Below are positions 29,849 through 40,237 of a DNA stretch of 64,000 nt, in pieces. Under the pieces are notes generated by a model. That model saw nothing but the letters and a program-made list of their open reading frames with translations, did no database searches and was not told where the DNA came from. The translations under genes were made by a program, and so were the position numbers. Source of the DNA: Promethearchaeota archaeon (lineage in GTDB: Archaea; Asgardarchaeota; Lokiarchaeia; Sigyniarchaeales; SOKP01); assembly GCA_016839585.1 (NCBI GenBank), contig JAEOTZ010000071.1, positions 1 to 64,000 of the forward strand. The letters are read 5' to 3'. Each line of letters starts with the position of its first letter. The first letter of the stretch is position 1.

Positions 29849-31063
29849 TTAAATAATTCCCTTTCTTTTAAAATTACTAATATCTTCATCATTATAATTA
29901 AGGGATTTTAAAATCTCTTTAGTATTTTGACCTACTTTCGGAGCTAAATTTCTTATTGTTAATGATGTTCTTGAATATTTAATTGGAGATCCTACATTTT
30001 GAATCTTACCAAATTTGGGATGTTCTATCCCAACAACCATTTTACGAGCTTTAATTTGAGGGTCTTCACAAGCTTCTGCAAATGATTTTATTGGCATAAC
30101 ACATGCATCCAAATCTTTAAAAATTTCCATCCATTCTTTTTGAGTTTTCTTTAGGAATTCTTTTTGTAGTTCTTGAAATACCCATTCTTTTTCTTCTCCT
30201 TGTGCAGTTTGTTTTAATTTTAAATCTTCACGTCCAAGGCCATCACATAAATCTCGCCAAAATTTAACTTCAATAACCCCAACAGATACAAATTTATTAT
30301 CCTTAGTTTTATAAACGGAATAAGATGGAAAATTACCATGTAGAGGATTTTGTGTTTTTATCCCATCATTTAAATCTTTAGAAAAATGATAAGCTGCTGC
30401 CATTGGCATAAAAGAAAATACTGAATCGGTCATTGAAATATCAATATATTGACCTTTTTTTTCAGGATTATTATCTCTTTCAATAATTGCACCTAAAATA
30501 CTAATAGTCGAAACTAAACCACCCCCTATGTCAGCAGCCTGTATACCCGGGACTATGGGGGCTCTTTCTTGATCCTCTTGACCTAAAATTAGTCTGTCTC
30601 TATTCAGATTTAAAATGCCACATATTCCTATATAATTAAGATCATGCCCCGCTATTTGTTCATACGGTCCATTTTGCCCATAACCTGTTAAAGAACAGCA
30701 AATTATTGATGGATTAATTGAAGAAAGGGTATCATAATCAATTTTTAATTTATTTGTTACTTTTGGTCTAAAAGTATCAAGCACAACATCAGCTTTTTTA
30801 ACTAACTCATAAAAAATTTCTCTTGCTTTCTCTTTTTTCAAATTGAGAGTAATTGATTTTTTATTTCTCATAAGAATTGAATTGAAAGCACTTTCACGAT
30901 ACCTACCTTTCTGAAAAAAAGGAGGTGGGTTAGCATAGGGATATTTAGGATCTTCTACTCGGATAACTTCTGCCCCAAGATCGGCTAGTATCATGGAACA
31001 ATATGGACCGGGCAACATTCTCGTAAGATCAAGAATAACTTTTCCTTCTAAAGGTAATGGCAT
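29849..31063 (-). CDS. CaiB/BaiF family III CoA-transferase
   Basis: LDLTRMLPGPYCSMILADLGAEVI, RNKKS, GYGQ.GP, AGHDLNY. Confidence 0.93.
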   Translation of the reverse strand: MPLPLEGKVILDLTRMLPGPYCSMILADLGAEVIRVEDPKYPYANPPPFFQKGRYRESAFNSILMRNKKSITLNLKKEKAREIFYELVKKADVVLDTFRPKVTNKLKIDYDTLSSINPSIICCSLTGYGQNGPYEQIAGHDLNYIGICGILNLNRDRLILGQEDQERAPIVPGIQAADIGGGLVSTISILGAIIERDNNPEKKGQYIDISMTDSVFSFMPMAAAYHFSKDLNDGIKTQNPLHGNFPSYSVYKTKDNKFVSVGVIEVKFWRDLCDGLGREDLKLKQTAQGEEKEWVFQELQKEFLKKTQKEWMEIFKDLDACVMPIKSFAEACEDPQIKARKMVVGIEHPKFGKIQNVGSPIKYSRTSLTIRNLAPKVGQNTKEILKSLNYNDEDISNFKRKGII

Positions 31064-31137
31064 AATATTTAAAAAATAAGATTACATAAAAGTTTTCAAA
31101 ATTTTGATAAAATAGGAAAGAAAATAAGAAAAATTCT

Positions 31138-32304
31138 CTATCTATCAATTAGAGATTCTGAATTAATAAGTGGCTCAGTATTTTTTATATCAATTATTTT
31201 TAAATGCTTAAGCTTTTTAATATTTTTGTCTTCTGAGATTTTATTAAATCCAAAATATATACTTTGCAGCTTTTTTAATCTTTCTATCCCTTTTATTTTA
31301 GTAAAGTTATTATTTCGCAAATCAAGAAATTTTAATTTTTTGAGTTTTTCTAATCCTTTAATTCCTTTAATTTGGTTATGACTAAGATCTAAAAATTCTA
31401 ATTTAGTTAATCTTTTTAAACCCTTTATTTCAGTAATATAATTACTACTAAGATCTAATCTTTTTAGATTTTTAAGAGACTGTAGGCCTTTTATTTCGGT
31501 AATTTGATTATTGCGAAGGTTTAGAATTTCTAATTGTGATAAATTATTTAATTCATTTATTTCAGATATTTGGTTATCAAAAAGCAATAATGATTTTAGA
31601 TTTCTAAGATTACTTATTCCTTCTATTTTTGAAATTTCATTATTATTAAGATAGAGGTATTCTAATTTTGTCAAATTTTTTAATCTATTGACTTTACTTA
31701 TTTTATTACCTTGAATATGTAATGATCTTAAATTTGATAATTTTTCTAGTCCTTTTATCTCCTCAATTTGATTATAATTGAGATATATCTTCTTTAAATA
31801 GATAAGATTATCTAATCCCTTTATTTTTGATATATCATCAATATTTTTATAATCTAAATTTATGATTGGATATTTTCTTAAGGGGAAATAGATATTATTA
31901 TTGAAATTTACATATTTTATTAATTGTAATAATGAATGTAATTTAGGAATTGATGTTCTTTCCAATGCTTTTATTATGGAAATTAAACATAATTCTGATA
32001 CTTCATGAAGTAAAGCCCATTTAATTGGTTCAAATGCTTTATCTGGAAAGTTCTGAATAATTATATTTGATGCATGTCTTCTTACATTATCACTTAAATC
32101 TGAAATTAAAAGATTTTCTAAGAATCTAAATATTTTATCTCCTTTAAATCCTATTAAACCTAAAAAACTTAATCCTAAAATACGAGTATTATAATCCTTA
32201 TCAAGAGAATTTTCAGTAACTATTATTAGTAATTCGGAGGCTTTTTTTTTATTTAATATCTTGTTTTTATAATCCTTATAGATTTGTTTAGGTGATAAAC
32301 TCAA
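31138..32304 (-). CDS. SDS22-like leucine-rich repeat protein with a HEAT-like N-terminus
   Basis: About nine 22-aa repeats LxxLxLxxNxIxxIxGLxxL; N-terminal LENLLISD...VR. Confidence 0.9.
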   Translation of the reverse strand: MSLSPKQIYKDYKNKILNKKKASELLIIVTENSLDKDYNTRILGLSFLGLIGFKGDKIFRFLENLLISDLSDNVRRHASNIIIQNFPDKAFEPIKWALLHEVSELCLISIIKALERTSIPKLHSLLQLIKYVNFNNNIYFPLRKYPIINLDYKNIDDISKIKGLDNLIYLKKIYLNYNQIEEIKGLEKLSNLRSLHIQGNKISKVNRLKNLTKLEYLYLNNNEISKIEGISNLRNLKSLLLFDNQISEINELNNLSQLEILNLRNNQITEIKGLQSLKNLKRLDLSSNYITEIKGLKRLTKLEFLDLSHNQIKGIKGLEKLKKLKFLDLRNNNFTKIKGIERLKKLQSIYFGFNKISEDKNIKKLKHLKIIDIKNTEPLINSESLIDR

Positions 32305-32432
32305 TATTCATTAACTTCTAGCTTATGAATCTATTAAAAAGTGAATCTTATATAATATTAATAATATATGAATTAAATTAATTACTCTATTTATGAAAAG
32401 CTAAATAAATGTAACAAAAAAAAGAATATAAA

Positions 32433-32948
32433 TTATAACTCAATAATTTCTGCTTGCATTTTATTTGTATCTACAATAGCGAATGTAGCCCTTCCTGTTA
32501 AATATCCACAAAGTTCACCTGGATTCACCACTAATACTCCATTTTCATATCTTTTATTCATTAAAGCATGTGTGTGACCAAATAAAATAATATCAAACTT
32601 TCCTGAGCTAGCAATTGCATCAACAGTTTCTTGATTAGGCATATGTGCTGCGAAAATTTTTTTTCCATCAAATTCTGAAATTAACTCCATTCCAACTAAA
32701 TCACAAATTTGCCCTAAATTTTGTTTTAAAAAGACTCTATCCCCATCATTATTTCCATATACGCCAAAAAACCTTTCTTTTATATTTTCATTTAAGCCAT
32801 CAAACCATCTCACAACAAATGCAGAAATGTAATCTCCACAATGGATCAATGCATCCACATTCTTTTTATTAATTTTTGATACAGCCTTTAGAATATTTTT
32901 CTTATGATCATGTGAATCCGATATAACTGCTATTTTCATTTTTATCAA
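32433..32948 (-). CDS. Metallophosphoesterase, YfcE/MJ0936 family
   Basis: SDSHD, HCGD, GNND, GHTH, NPG. Confidence 0.92.
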   Translation of the reverse strand: MIKMKIAVISDSHDHKKNILKAVSKINKKNVDALIHCGDYISAFVVRWFDGLNENIKERFFGVYGNNDGDRVFLKQNLGQICDLVGMELISEFDGKKIFAAHMPNQETVDAIASSGKFDIILFGHTHALMNKRYENGVLVVNPGELCGYLTGRATFAIVDTNKMQAEIIEL

Positions 32949-33069
32949 CTCGTAATATCTTAAAATAATTAAGAATGAGATTTTATAAAAAGATTCTTAA
33001 CATAAAAAGATATATTATTTAGTTGTATATATTACTAAATGTAGTAAATGAGTATGATTTGATTTTAGT

Positions 33070-34143
33070 ATGATCGAAGAGTTCTTTAAAACAGAAAAAA
33101 CAGTTATAGATGAAGAGTTAGAAGATTATTTTGCTAAATTGAATAGAGATGAAAAAGATATACTTCTAAAAGATTTTACTTCTCAACTTGAGAAATTTAT
33201 ATTAAATCCAAAAGCTAAAAGAATTCACCCGGTTTTATTAATTGCTTCCTTTACAGGGATATTAAATCCAATGTATTTAGAAGATCAAATAAACCAAATT
33301 CGTAAAGTTTCTTTAGCTGTAGAATTATTACATAGTGGTCATTTAATCCACGATGATCTCATAGATGACGATAATACAAGAAGAGGTAAACCTACTTTTC
33401 ATATTCAATTAAAAACTGATATAAATAAAGTATTTAAAGGTATAAATATCACGAATAAAGATAAACTAATTGAATTATATGGAAGAGATATGTCGATTTT
33501 AGGGGGTACACAAGGTTATCTTTTTGGTTTAAATATTTTAAAATCTTCAAAATTCCCTGATAATTTAAAGCTATTAGCTATAAACGAATATACGAGGGCT
33601 ATGGATTATTTAATGAAAGGACAAATAATTGAAGAATATATGGATTATCACAAAATGACAATGTCATTAGAACAGTATTTAAATATTGCTGAGCTCCAAC
33701 GAGCCAGTCTTTTTGAGAAATCAACCAAAATTGGAGCGATTTTAGCTAAAGGAAATTTACATTATCAAATAAAACCCTTATCTGAAGCAATGCTAAGGAT
33801 TGGTCAAGCTTATGCCATTCGAGATGATATTCTTGATATAAAAGATGATATCAAAAGAAGGAAAAAGAAAATCATTTATATTTTAGCCATCCAAAATAGT
33901 GATGAGGTCCAATCAAAAACATTAAATGAAATATTTAATAAAGAGAGTTTATCTAACAATGATGTTAAATTAATAGAAGAAATCTTTGCTGAAACAAACG
34001 CAATCATTATAGCAGAACATTTCTCGAAAAACTTGATTAATCAGGCAATAACTTTCTTGAAAGATATTTATCCTGATCTTAATAAAAAGCAAAAAATCTT
34101 TTTCAACGAATTTTCAGACTATATTTATATGAGAGAATTCTAA
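33070..34143 (+). CDS. Polyprenyl diphosphate synthase (GGPP-synthase-like)
   Basis: KRIHP, LIHDDLIDDD..RRGKPT, KGQ, IRDDILD. Confidence 0.88.
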   Translation: MIEEFFKTEKTVIDEELEDYFAKLNRDEKDILLKDFTSQLEKFILNPKAKRIHPVLLIASFTGILNPMYLEDQINQIRKVSLAVELLHSGHLIHDDLIDDDNTRRGKPTFHIQLKTDINKVFKGINITNKDKLIELYGRDMSILGGTQGYLFGLNILKSSKFPDNLKLLAINEYTRAMDYLMKGQIIEEYMDYHKMTMSLEQYLNIAELQRASLFEKSTKIGAILAKGNLHYQIKPLSEAMLRIGQAYAIRDDILDIKDDIKRRKKKIIYILAIQNSDEVQSKTLNEIFNKESLSNNDVKLIEEIFAETNAIIIAEHFSKNLINQAITFLKDIYPDLNKKQKIFFNEFSDYIYMREF

Positions 34144-34325
34144 TCTCTAATAACATTGTATTATATTAAATTTACTTATAGAATGTATGAAAAAAATAAA
34201 ATATATAAAAAAAGTATATCAGTAATATAATTTATAATAATAATATCTAAAAATCCCTTTTCCTTTATAATAATAGTAAATAAGATTGTTTTAATTCTTT
34301 AATAATTATTTTTTAACGAATTCTT

Positions 34326-35234
34326 ATGGTTACAAAAATTCCATCTGACCAAATAGTTATAAGACCACCAGTAGAAGCATATTCTGTTTTAATACCTGTC
34401 ACTGGTGGATGTTCGTGGAATAAATGCCGTTTCTGCGGAACTTATAAGGGCGTTTATGGAGTTACTCAAGATTATGCTATAAGAAATGTAGATGATGTAA
34501 AAAAAGATATAGATAAGTTTGCTGAGAGAAATTATCATGGCTTTCCCGTATTTTTAGCTGGAGGAAATCCCACATCAGCACCAACAGAATATCTAGTTGA
34601 AATTATTAAATATGTAAGGATTAAGCTTAGAGATGTTCAGCGTGTTAGCTGTTATGCGAAAGCACTAGATATTTTAAGAAAATCAGAGGAGGAATTAAAG
34701 AAGCTTGCTGAAGCGGGATTAGATATTGTGTATATGGGATTAGAAAGTGGAAGTAGCACAATCTTAAGGATGATGAAGAAAGGAACCAATGCAGAATCAA
34801 TAATTAAGGCTGGAAAAAAGATTTTAAATGCTGGCATTAAACTTAGCCTATATATTATTCTTGGATTAGGAAGTCATAACTATTCTGAAGAACATGTAAA
34901 AGAAACAGCAAGAGTATTAACTGAAATTAATCCTACTATCTTTAGATTTAGAACCCTTAATATTTTACCTGGTACTCCACTTTGGGATGAATGGAAAGCA
35001 GGTGAATTTGAATTATTATCTCCAGTAGAAAATATAAAAGAAGAAAGAGAGATCATAGCAAATTTAGGTAATAATGTAAATTCTCAGGTTTTTAATGACC
35101 ATGTTAGTAACTATTGTGATCTTGAATCAGCGAACATTAAACAAGATAAAGAAATGTTCTTAAAAGTATTAGATTCTCTAATTAATGACCCTCGAATCCA
35201 GATCCTACCACGAAGAAATTTAATTCGAATGTAG
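34326..35234 (+). CDS. Radical SAM protein (same family as 25239..26162)
   Basis: IRPPVEAYSVLIPVTGG-CSWNKCRFC; YMGLESG; NDHVSNY. Confidence 0.9.
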   Translation: MVTKIPSDQIVIRPPVEAYSVLIPVTGGCSWNKCRFCGTYKGVYGVTQDYAIRNVDDVKKDIDKFAERNYHGFPVFLAGGNPTSAPTEYLVEIIKYVRIKLRDVQRVSCYAKALDILRKSEEELKKLAEAGLDIVYMGLESGSSTILRMMKKGTNAESIIKAGKKILNAGIKLSLYIILGLGSHNYSEEHVKETARVLTEINPTIFRFRTLNILPGTPLWDEWKAGEFELLSPVENIKEEREIIANLGNNVNSQVFNDHVSNYCDLESANIKQDKEMFLKVLDSLINDPRIQILPRRNLIRM

Positions 35235-35286
35235 ATCTCTATAGATCTATTATAGATAGAAATTTGTATAAAATAGAGATTTTAAT

Positions 35287-35826
35287 TTATTTATTTTTAT
35301 GAGCTTTTATCAATCTATTAATAATTTCTAATGATTCTTTATATGTTGGTATTATAGGCTGTATGATATTAACAAAGTCATAAATCCCTTTAAAACCTCT
35401 AATGTTTTGGAATTCTTTTTCATTTTTTTCTAATTCTGATTTAACCCTATTAAGTTCATCTTGCCATTTCAATATATCATTTATGACAATTTTATTGAAA
35501 TTCATGAACGAAATCGCTACAGAGTTCATGCTATAAGTAATTTGTCCTGATTCTGAAGATTTTGTAAGTTCTATGATTTCATTTTCTAGCATTTTATTAA
35601 TTTCCTGAGATATGGTTCCGGCAGATAAATCTGTTAATTTTTTAAGATCTTTTTGAGTAAGAGATTTTCGGGTAATAAAGAGTGATAAAATTTTAATAAA
35701 TATAGGTTTAAGTTTTACCAATAGCCTGGATTTAATAAGAAAATTCATAATTTCTTTTTCAATTTGTACAATTTCAGGATCAAAGTCGATATCATCATTC
35801 AAATCTTTTTCAATCATTTTAATCAC
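35287..35826 (-). CDS. GbsR/MarR-like winged-helix transcriptional regulator
   Basis: LTQKDLKKLTDLSAGTISQEINKM HTH followed by a coiled helix. Confidence 0.8.
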   Translation of the reverse strand: MIKMIEKDLNDDIDFDPEIVQIEKEIMNFLIKSRLLVKLKPIFIKILSLFITRKSLTQKDLKKLTDLSAGTISQEINKMLENEIIELTKSSESGQITYSMNSVAISFMNFNKIVINDILKWQDELNRVKSELEKNEKEFQNIRGFKGIYDFVNIIQPIIPTYKESLEIINRLIKAHKNK

Positions 35827-36310
35827 TCTTATTTTTTAATTTCAAAAAGGGAGAAAATATTTCTAGCATCATTGTTAAATAATCAATGAATTCTTCTATT
35901 CTATTCATTAAAAATTCAGCACCTTTTTTATCTTTCAAATCTTCTAATCTTGCTTTTATTCCTTGGAAAAATTGTTCTGCTTCTGATTTAGCATTTAAGG
36001 CTATATCAATGCCTGATGATGCAAAAGTTTTTGGTTTAAGGATAAATGAATAAGTATATTTATGAGTTCCTGAAATCAACTTTTTTTCAATCAACCCCAA
36101 GCTAATCATAGCATTTAAATGAGTTGATATAGTTCCCATTGAAAAATTAGTTAGGTTTTTTAATTCTTTTTGGGTTAAACTTTCATACATAAATAAATAA
36201 AAGTTAATCATTGTTATTTTTTCACTACTACGGCGCTGCCCAATTTCTAAAGCATAATCTAATACTTTTTTTTCTATATTTCTAAATTTTTGGTTGAAAT
36301 TATTGCTCAT
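35819..36310 (-). CDS. GbsR/MarR-like winged-helix transcriptional regulator (tandem paralog)
   Basis: LTQKELKNLTNFSMGTISTHLNAM...GTHKYTY; overlaps the next regulator by 8 bp. Confidence 0.8.
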   Translation of the reverse strand: MSNNFNQKFRNIEKKVLDYALEIGQRRSSEKITMINFYLFMYESLTQKELKNLTNFSMGTISTHLNAMISLGLIEKKLISGTHKYTYSFILKPKTFASSGIDIALNAKSEAEQFFQGIKARLEDLKDKKGAEFLMNRIEEFIDYLTMMLEIFSPFLKLKNKSD

Positions 36311-36392
36311 TTTTGTATTGATTGTAAGTTTTATATTTTGGTGTCTTATTATAAATATAAATAGGGAGTTACTAATATTTAAATATTTTCCT

Positions 36393-36473
36393 AAATTTCA
36401 AATTTTATGAAAACATTTAAATAGTTAAATTACATAATTATTATTGCAATTCTCAAATTTCAAATTTTATGAA
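36393..36473. promoter_or_regulatory. Two copies of a 19-bp operator-like repeat AAATTTCAAATTTTATGAA (core TTCA-N7-TGAA)
   Basis: Exact copies at 36393-36411 and 36455-36473, flanking a TTTAAATA box in the divergent regulator/ABC intergenic region. Confidence 0.65.
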
Positions 36474-37456
36474 TGGAGAAAAATAAAAAAATGTCCAATA
36501 ATTTAATTGTAAAAACAAATAATTTAACAAAATACTATGGTAAAACACGAGGTATTGAAAACCTAAACCTTGAGATTTATAAAGGTGAAATATTTGGATT
36601 ATTAGGACCCAATGGTGCTGGAAAGACTACAACAATTCGATTACTTCTCGATTTAATCCGACGTACCTCCGGTGAGGCAGAGGTTTTCGGTTTGGATACT
36701 AACTTGCATTCTGTAGCAATTCATCAACGCCTAGCTTATTTACCTGGGGAGTTAGGATTATACCAAGAAAAGACAGGACTTCAGAATCTTGAATATCTGC
36801 TTGGGCAGTATAAAAACCATATTCCTAAACGTCGAATAAAAGATTTAGCTGACCGTTTAAATCTTGATCTAGATAAAAAAGTTAAAGAACTTAGTAAAGG
36901 CAATAAACAAAAAGTAGGTATTATTCTTGTTCTTGCGCCCGAAGTAGAGTTACTTATCCTTGATGAGCCAACTTCTGGACTTGACCCACTTATAACAAAT
37001 GATTTCTATAAAATGCTCCATGATCAACAAAAAGAGATAGGTTCAACTGTCCTACTGAGTTCCCATTTACTTCAAGAAGTTGAAAAAGTAGCTCATCGCG
37101 TAGGTGTTATCAGAGAAGGTTCACTTGTTGAAGTAGCTACTATTCAACAATTAAAACGTATGGCCCTAAAGGAAGTTAAAGTAGAATTCGCATCTATTGA
37201 AGAACTTCAAAAATATTCAGCCAAAATCCCTAGAGAACTAGCAGAAAATGTGATCTTAAAAGAAGCTCATATATCATTTACAATATCGAGAGATAATTTA
37301 CCTAAAGCTCTAGAAATCTTGTCCCAAATGCCGATTGTTGATTTAGATATTGAAAGTCCTGATCTTGAAGATATTTTTATAAAATATTATCAAACATCTT
37401 CAGTTGAAAAGGAATTAGTTGATAAATCAAAAAAAGAGGCTATGGAGGTGGAATAA
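36473..37456 (+). CDS. ABC-2 type exporter ATP-binding subunit (start may be ATG at 36491)
   Basis: GPNGAGKTT, LSKGN, LILDEPTSGLDP, SSH. Confidence 0.95.
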   Translation: MEKNKKMSNNLIVKTNNLTKYYGKTRGIENLNLEIYKGEIFGLLGPNGAGKTTTIRLLLDLIRRTSGEAEVFGLDTNLHSVAIHQRLAYLPGELGLYQEKTGLQNLEYLLGQYKNHIPKRRIKDLADRLNLDLDKKVKELSKGNKQKVGIILVLAPEVELLILDEPTSGLDPLITNDFYKMLHDQQKEIGSTVLLSSHLLQEVEKVAHRVGVIREGSLVEVATIQQLKRMALKEVKVEFASIEELQKYSAKIPRELAENVILKEAHISFTISRDNLPKALEILSQMPIVDLDIESPDLEDIFIKYYQTSSVEKELVDKSKKEAMEVE

Positions 37457-38278
37457 ATGAAGCGCTTTATTAGATCAGTTAAAGTATCCCTATTAGAAAA
37501 AAAGTATATATTAATAATCCTTGGTGGAGTTATTGGATTACTTAGTTACTTTATTATATATATGGTAGAGGATATGGATCTTTCGGCAATAGAAGATATT
37601 ATTGCAGCGTGGCCAGAAGGTATGTTAGAATTTTTTGGAGACGTCGAAATATTTACTAATCCGTATGGATTCTGGGGTTTAGAGTTACTATCTTTTATGT
37701 GGCTATACGGAGGGATATATATCATCTATATGGCCAGTGGTCTTTTATCGCAAGAGGTAGAAGAGAAAACAATAGATCTTTCCCTTTCCAAACCAGTCAC
37801 TCGAGATCAATTTTTAGGTAGTAAAATAGCATTCCTTTACATATTCATTATGGCTACAATGGGTATCTTTTTCCTTATTACAATGGGCGGAATGGCATCT
37901 TCCTCGGTATTCCAAGATGAAGGACTTTATTTTGATCGATTATGGTTGACTTATATAATCGTTGTACTCTATCTTGGGGCGTTAGCAATGTTTGCCAAGT
38001 TTTTTTCAACTATTTTCCTTAACTCTAGAAAATCCATGGCATTAGGGGTGATGGTATTATTTCTAATGTTCTTCCTGGGTGAGTTCTACATATATATGGA
38101 CGAAGCAGTGCAAAATATAAAATATATTTCAGTGTTCTACTACTTTAATCCTTCTGATTATTTAGTGCATGAAGATTTCGGACTTTTCGTACGTGATTTA
38201 ATTGTTTTATATTTCATCAATGCTACCCTAATTTTTGCAAGCCTTGTTGTTTTCGATAAAAAAGATATTCCAATATAA
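37457..38278 (+). CDS. ABC-2 type exporter permease
   Basis: About six TM segments; EVEEKTIDLSLSKPVTR..FL..K motif; abuts the ATPase gene. Confidence 0.9.
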   Translation: MKRFIRSVKVSLLEKKYILIILGGVIGLLSYFIIYMVEDMDLSAIEDIIAAWPEGMLEFFGDVEIFTNPYGFWGLELLSFMWLYGGIYIIYMASGLLSQEVEEKTIDLSLSKPVTRDQFLGSKIAFLYIFIMATMGIFFLITMGGMASSSVFQDEGLYFDRLWLTYIIVVLYLGALAMFAKFFSTIFLNSRKSMALGVMVLFLMFFLGEFYIYMDEAVQNIKYISVFYYFNPSDYLVHEDFGLFVRDLIVLYFINATLIFASLVVFDKKDIPI

Positions 38279-38596
38279 TTTTTTTTTCTTATTTTATGTA
38301 ATTTATGAATTTTTTAAGAAAAAATGATATCCTATTCGTAAGAAAAAGCTCCTTTATTATGATAAATGAAAAAGAATTTGTAAAATTTATGAAATCGAAT
38401 ACATTTTTGATCCATGAACTGTTTCTATTAGTTTCATTAGTTTCTATGAGAACAGTAAGCAAAAAAAACTTCTTAATAAATCTTTAAGAAATTATATTAC
38501 TTTCATATTAACACCCATAACAAATTTTATAAGGTACGTTATCTTTATTATTAAAATTCAAAAATTTAATATTTAATTCATTTAAAGTTAAATTAA

Positions 38597-40096
38597 ATGT
38601 TATTAACTTTAAGATCGGTGATCTTAGAAATGACAGATACTTATAGAAAGAAAGTCCATTACAAAGACCTTATAGCAACTTTTGATGACGTTTTGATATT
38701 GCCAGGCTTTACTAATTTTAATCCTAATGAGGTAGATGTATCTTCGAATATAGGAAAATATTATTTACAACTCCCTATTATGTCAGCTGCGATGGATACA
38801 GTAACAGAAGAGGAAATGGCAATAAAAATGGCTTTGAATGGGGGATTGGGTGTATTACATCGAAATTGTTCTTATGAAAGGCAATTAGAGATGTGTCGAA
38901 TAGTAAAAAGAGCACGATCTTTTGTTATTGATGATGTAGCTACTATTAGTCCTAATGCCCCATTAACAAAAGCAAAATTTATGATGGATAACTATAATAT
39001 AAGTGGTATCGTCGTTGTAAATGAAAGTAAGAAAGTTTGTGGTATTTTCACTAAGAGAGACATTCCCTTCTTAGAAAAAGATATAAAAAATGGGATTATA
39101 AAAGATTATATGACAAAGCATGTTATTTCTATTAAACCTGGAGCCTCAAGAGAAGAAGCCTTAAAGATTTTATATGAATCGAGAAAAGAAAAACTACCAA
39201 TTATAGATGATAAGGGTTATTTAAAAGGCTTAATTACAAAAAAAGATTTAGCTCCTGAATTTCCATTAGCATCAAAAGATGAAGAGGGTCATTTATTATG
39301 TGCTTTAGCATTATCTCCCAAATTTCCAGAATCTAGTCATGCACAAAATTTATTAAAAGAAATTGAAAAATATGTTGATATGTTCTTTATTGATGTTGCT
39401 GATTTTTATAAGAAAAGTGATATAGAAGATACTGTAAAATTAATGAGATTTTTAGAATCTGATTTTATATTAGGAAATATAGGAACTTATCAAGCTGCTG
39501 AACATATAATAACAAAATGTGATTTTGTTGAAGATCAATTTATTGGCTTGAAAGTTGGTATGGGTTCAGGTTCAATTTGTACAACTTCAATACAAACGGG
39601 TGTAGGAGCGCCTACACTTTTTGCTACAGCACAAGCTGCTGATGCTATACAAGATTATAATCCCAAATTATCCTTAATCGCAGATGGTGGATTCAAAAAT
39701 CCAGGGGATATTCCTAAAGCAATATCTGCTGGAGCAGATTTAGTTATGTCAGGACATTTCTTTGCTGGTTGTACAGAAAGTCCAGGATTATTAGATACAA
39801 TACAAGGTCGTAAAGTTAAAGTTTATAGGGGAATGGGAAGTACAGAAGCCCGAACTTCTGGATATGTTTCAGATAGATATGGAAAAGGATCAAAAATGTT
39901 AACTGAAGGAGTAAGTGATTATGTTCCCTATACTGGTGATTTATTAGGCGTTTTATCAACATTAAAAGAAGGATTAATTAATGGTATGATATATGCAGGT
40001 GCTGGAAGTATAAAAGAGATGAGAAATGCTGAACTTGGAATTGTTACCCCCATAGGTCAGAGAGAACAAAAACCACACGATCTTCTTGGATATTAG
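38597..40096 (+). CDS. guaB: IMP dehydrogenase with a CBS pair (start may be ATG at 38630)
   Basis: TFDDVLILP, SAAMDTVTE, KVGMGSGSICTT, IADGG, YRGMGS, EGV. Confidence 0.93.
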   Translation: MLLTLRSVILEMTDTYRKKVHYKDLIATFDDVLILPGFTNFNPNEVDVSSNIGKYYLQLPIMSAAMDTVTEEEMAIKMALNGGLGVLHRNCSYERQLEMCRIVKRARSFVIDDVATISPNAPLTKAKFMMDNYNISGIVVVNESKKVCGIFTKRDIPFLEKDIKNGIIKDYMTKHVISIKPGASREEALKILYESRKEKLPIIDDKGYLKGLITKKDLAPEFPLASKDEEGHLLCALALSPKFPESSHAQNLLKEIEKYVDMFFIDVADFYKKSDIEDTVKLMRFLESDFILGNIGTYQAAEHIITKCDFVEDQFIGLKVGMGSGSICTTSIQTGVGAPTLFATAQAADAIQDYNPKLSLIADGGFKNPGDIPKAISAGADLVMSGHFFAGCTESPGLLDTIQGRKVKVYRGMGSTEARTSGYVSDRYGKGSKMLTEGVSDYVPYTGDLLGVLSTLKEGLINGMIYAGAGSIKEMRNAELGIVTPIGQREQKPHDLLGY

Positions 40097-40237
40097 GTTA
40101 TACTTTAAGTTGCGTTATTTTGTTATTAAAATATTTACTTATTAAAGATCTATTAAATAATTTATAACAATAACAAACTTTTTTTTATCATTGGAATTGC
40201 TATTATATGTAATTAGAATAGAATGAAATGATTTTTT

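Noticed and set aside
31250-31860. Periodic 66-bp nucleotide similarity that might suggest a repeat array or CRISPR
   Set aside because: It is explained by the 22-aa LRR coding repeats; there is no repeat-spacer structure and no cas gene
32433-32948. Calling the metallophosphoesterase a retromer Vps29 orthologue
   Set aside because: It retains the full metal-binding motifs of the widespread YfcE/MJ0936 family, and nothing specific to Vps29 is visible
35232-35262. AGATCT...AGATCT dyad after the radical SAM stop
   Set aside because: Short and AT-rich, between convergent genes; it has no AUGA/GA core and no upstream in-frame UGA, so it is at most a terminator-like element
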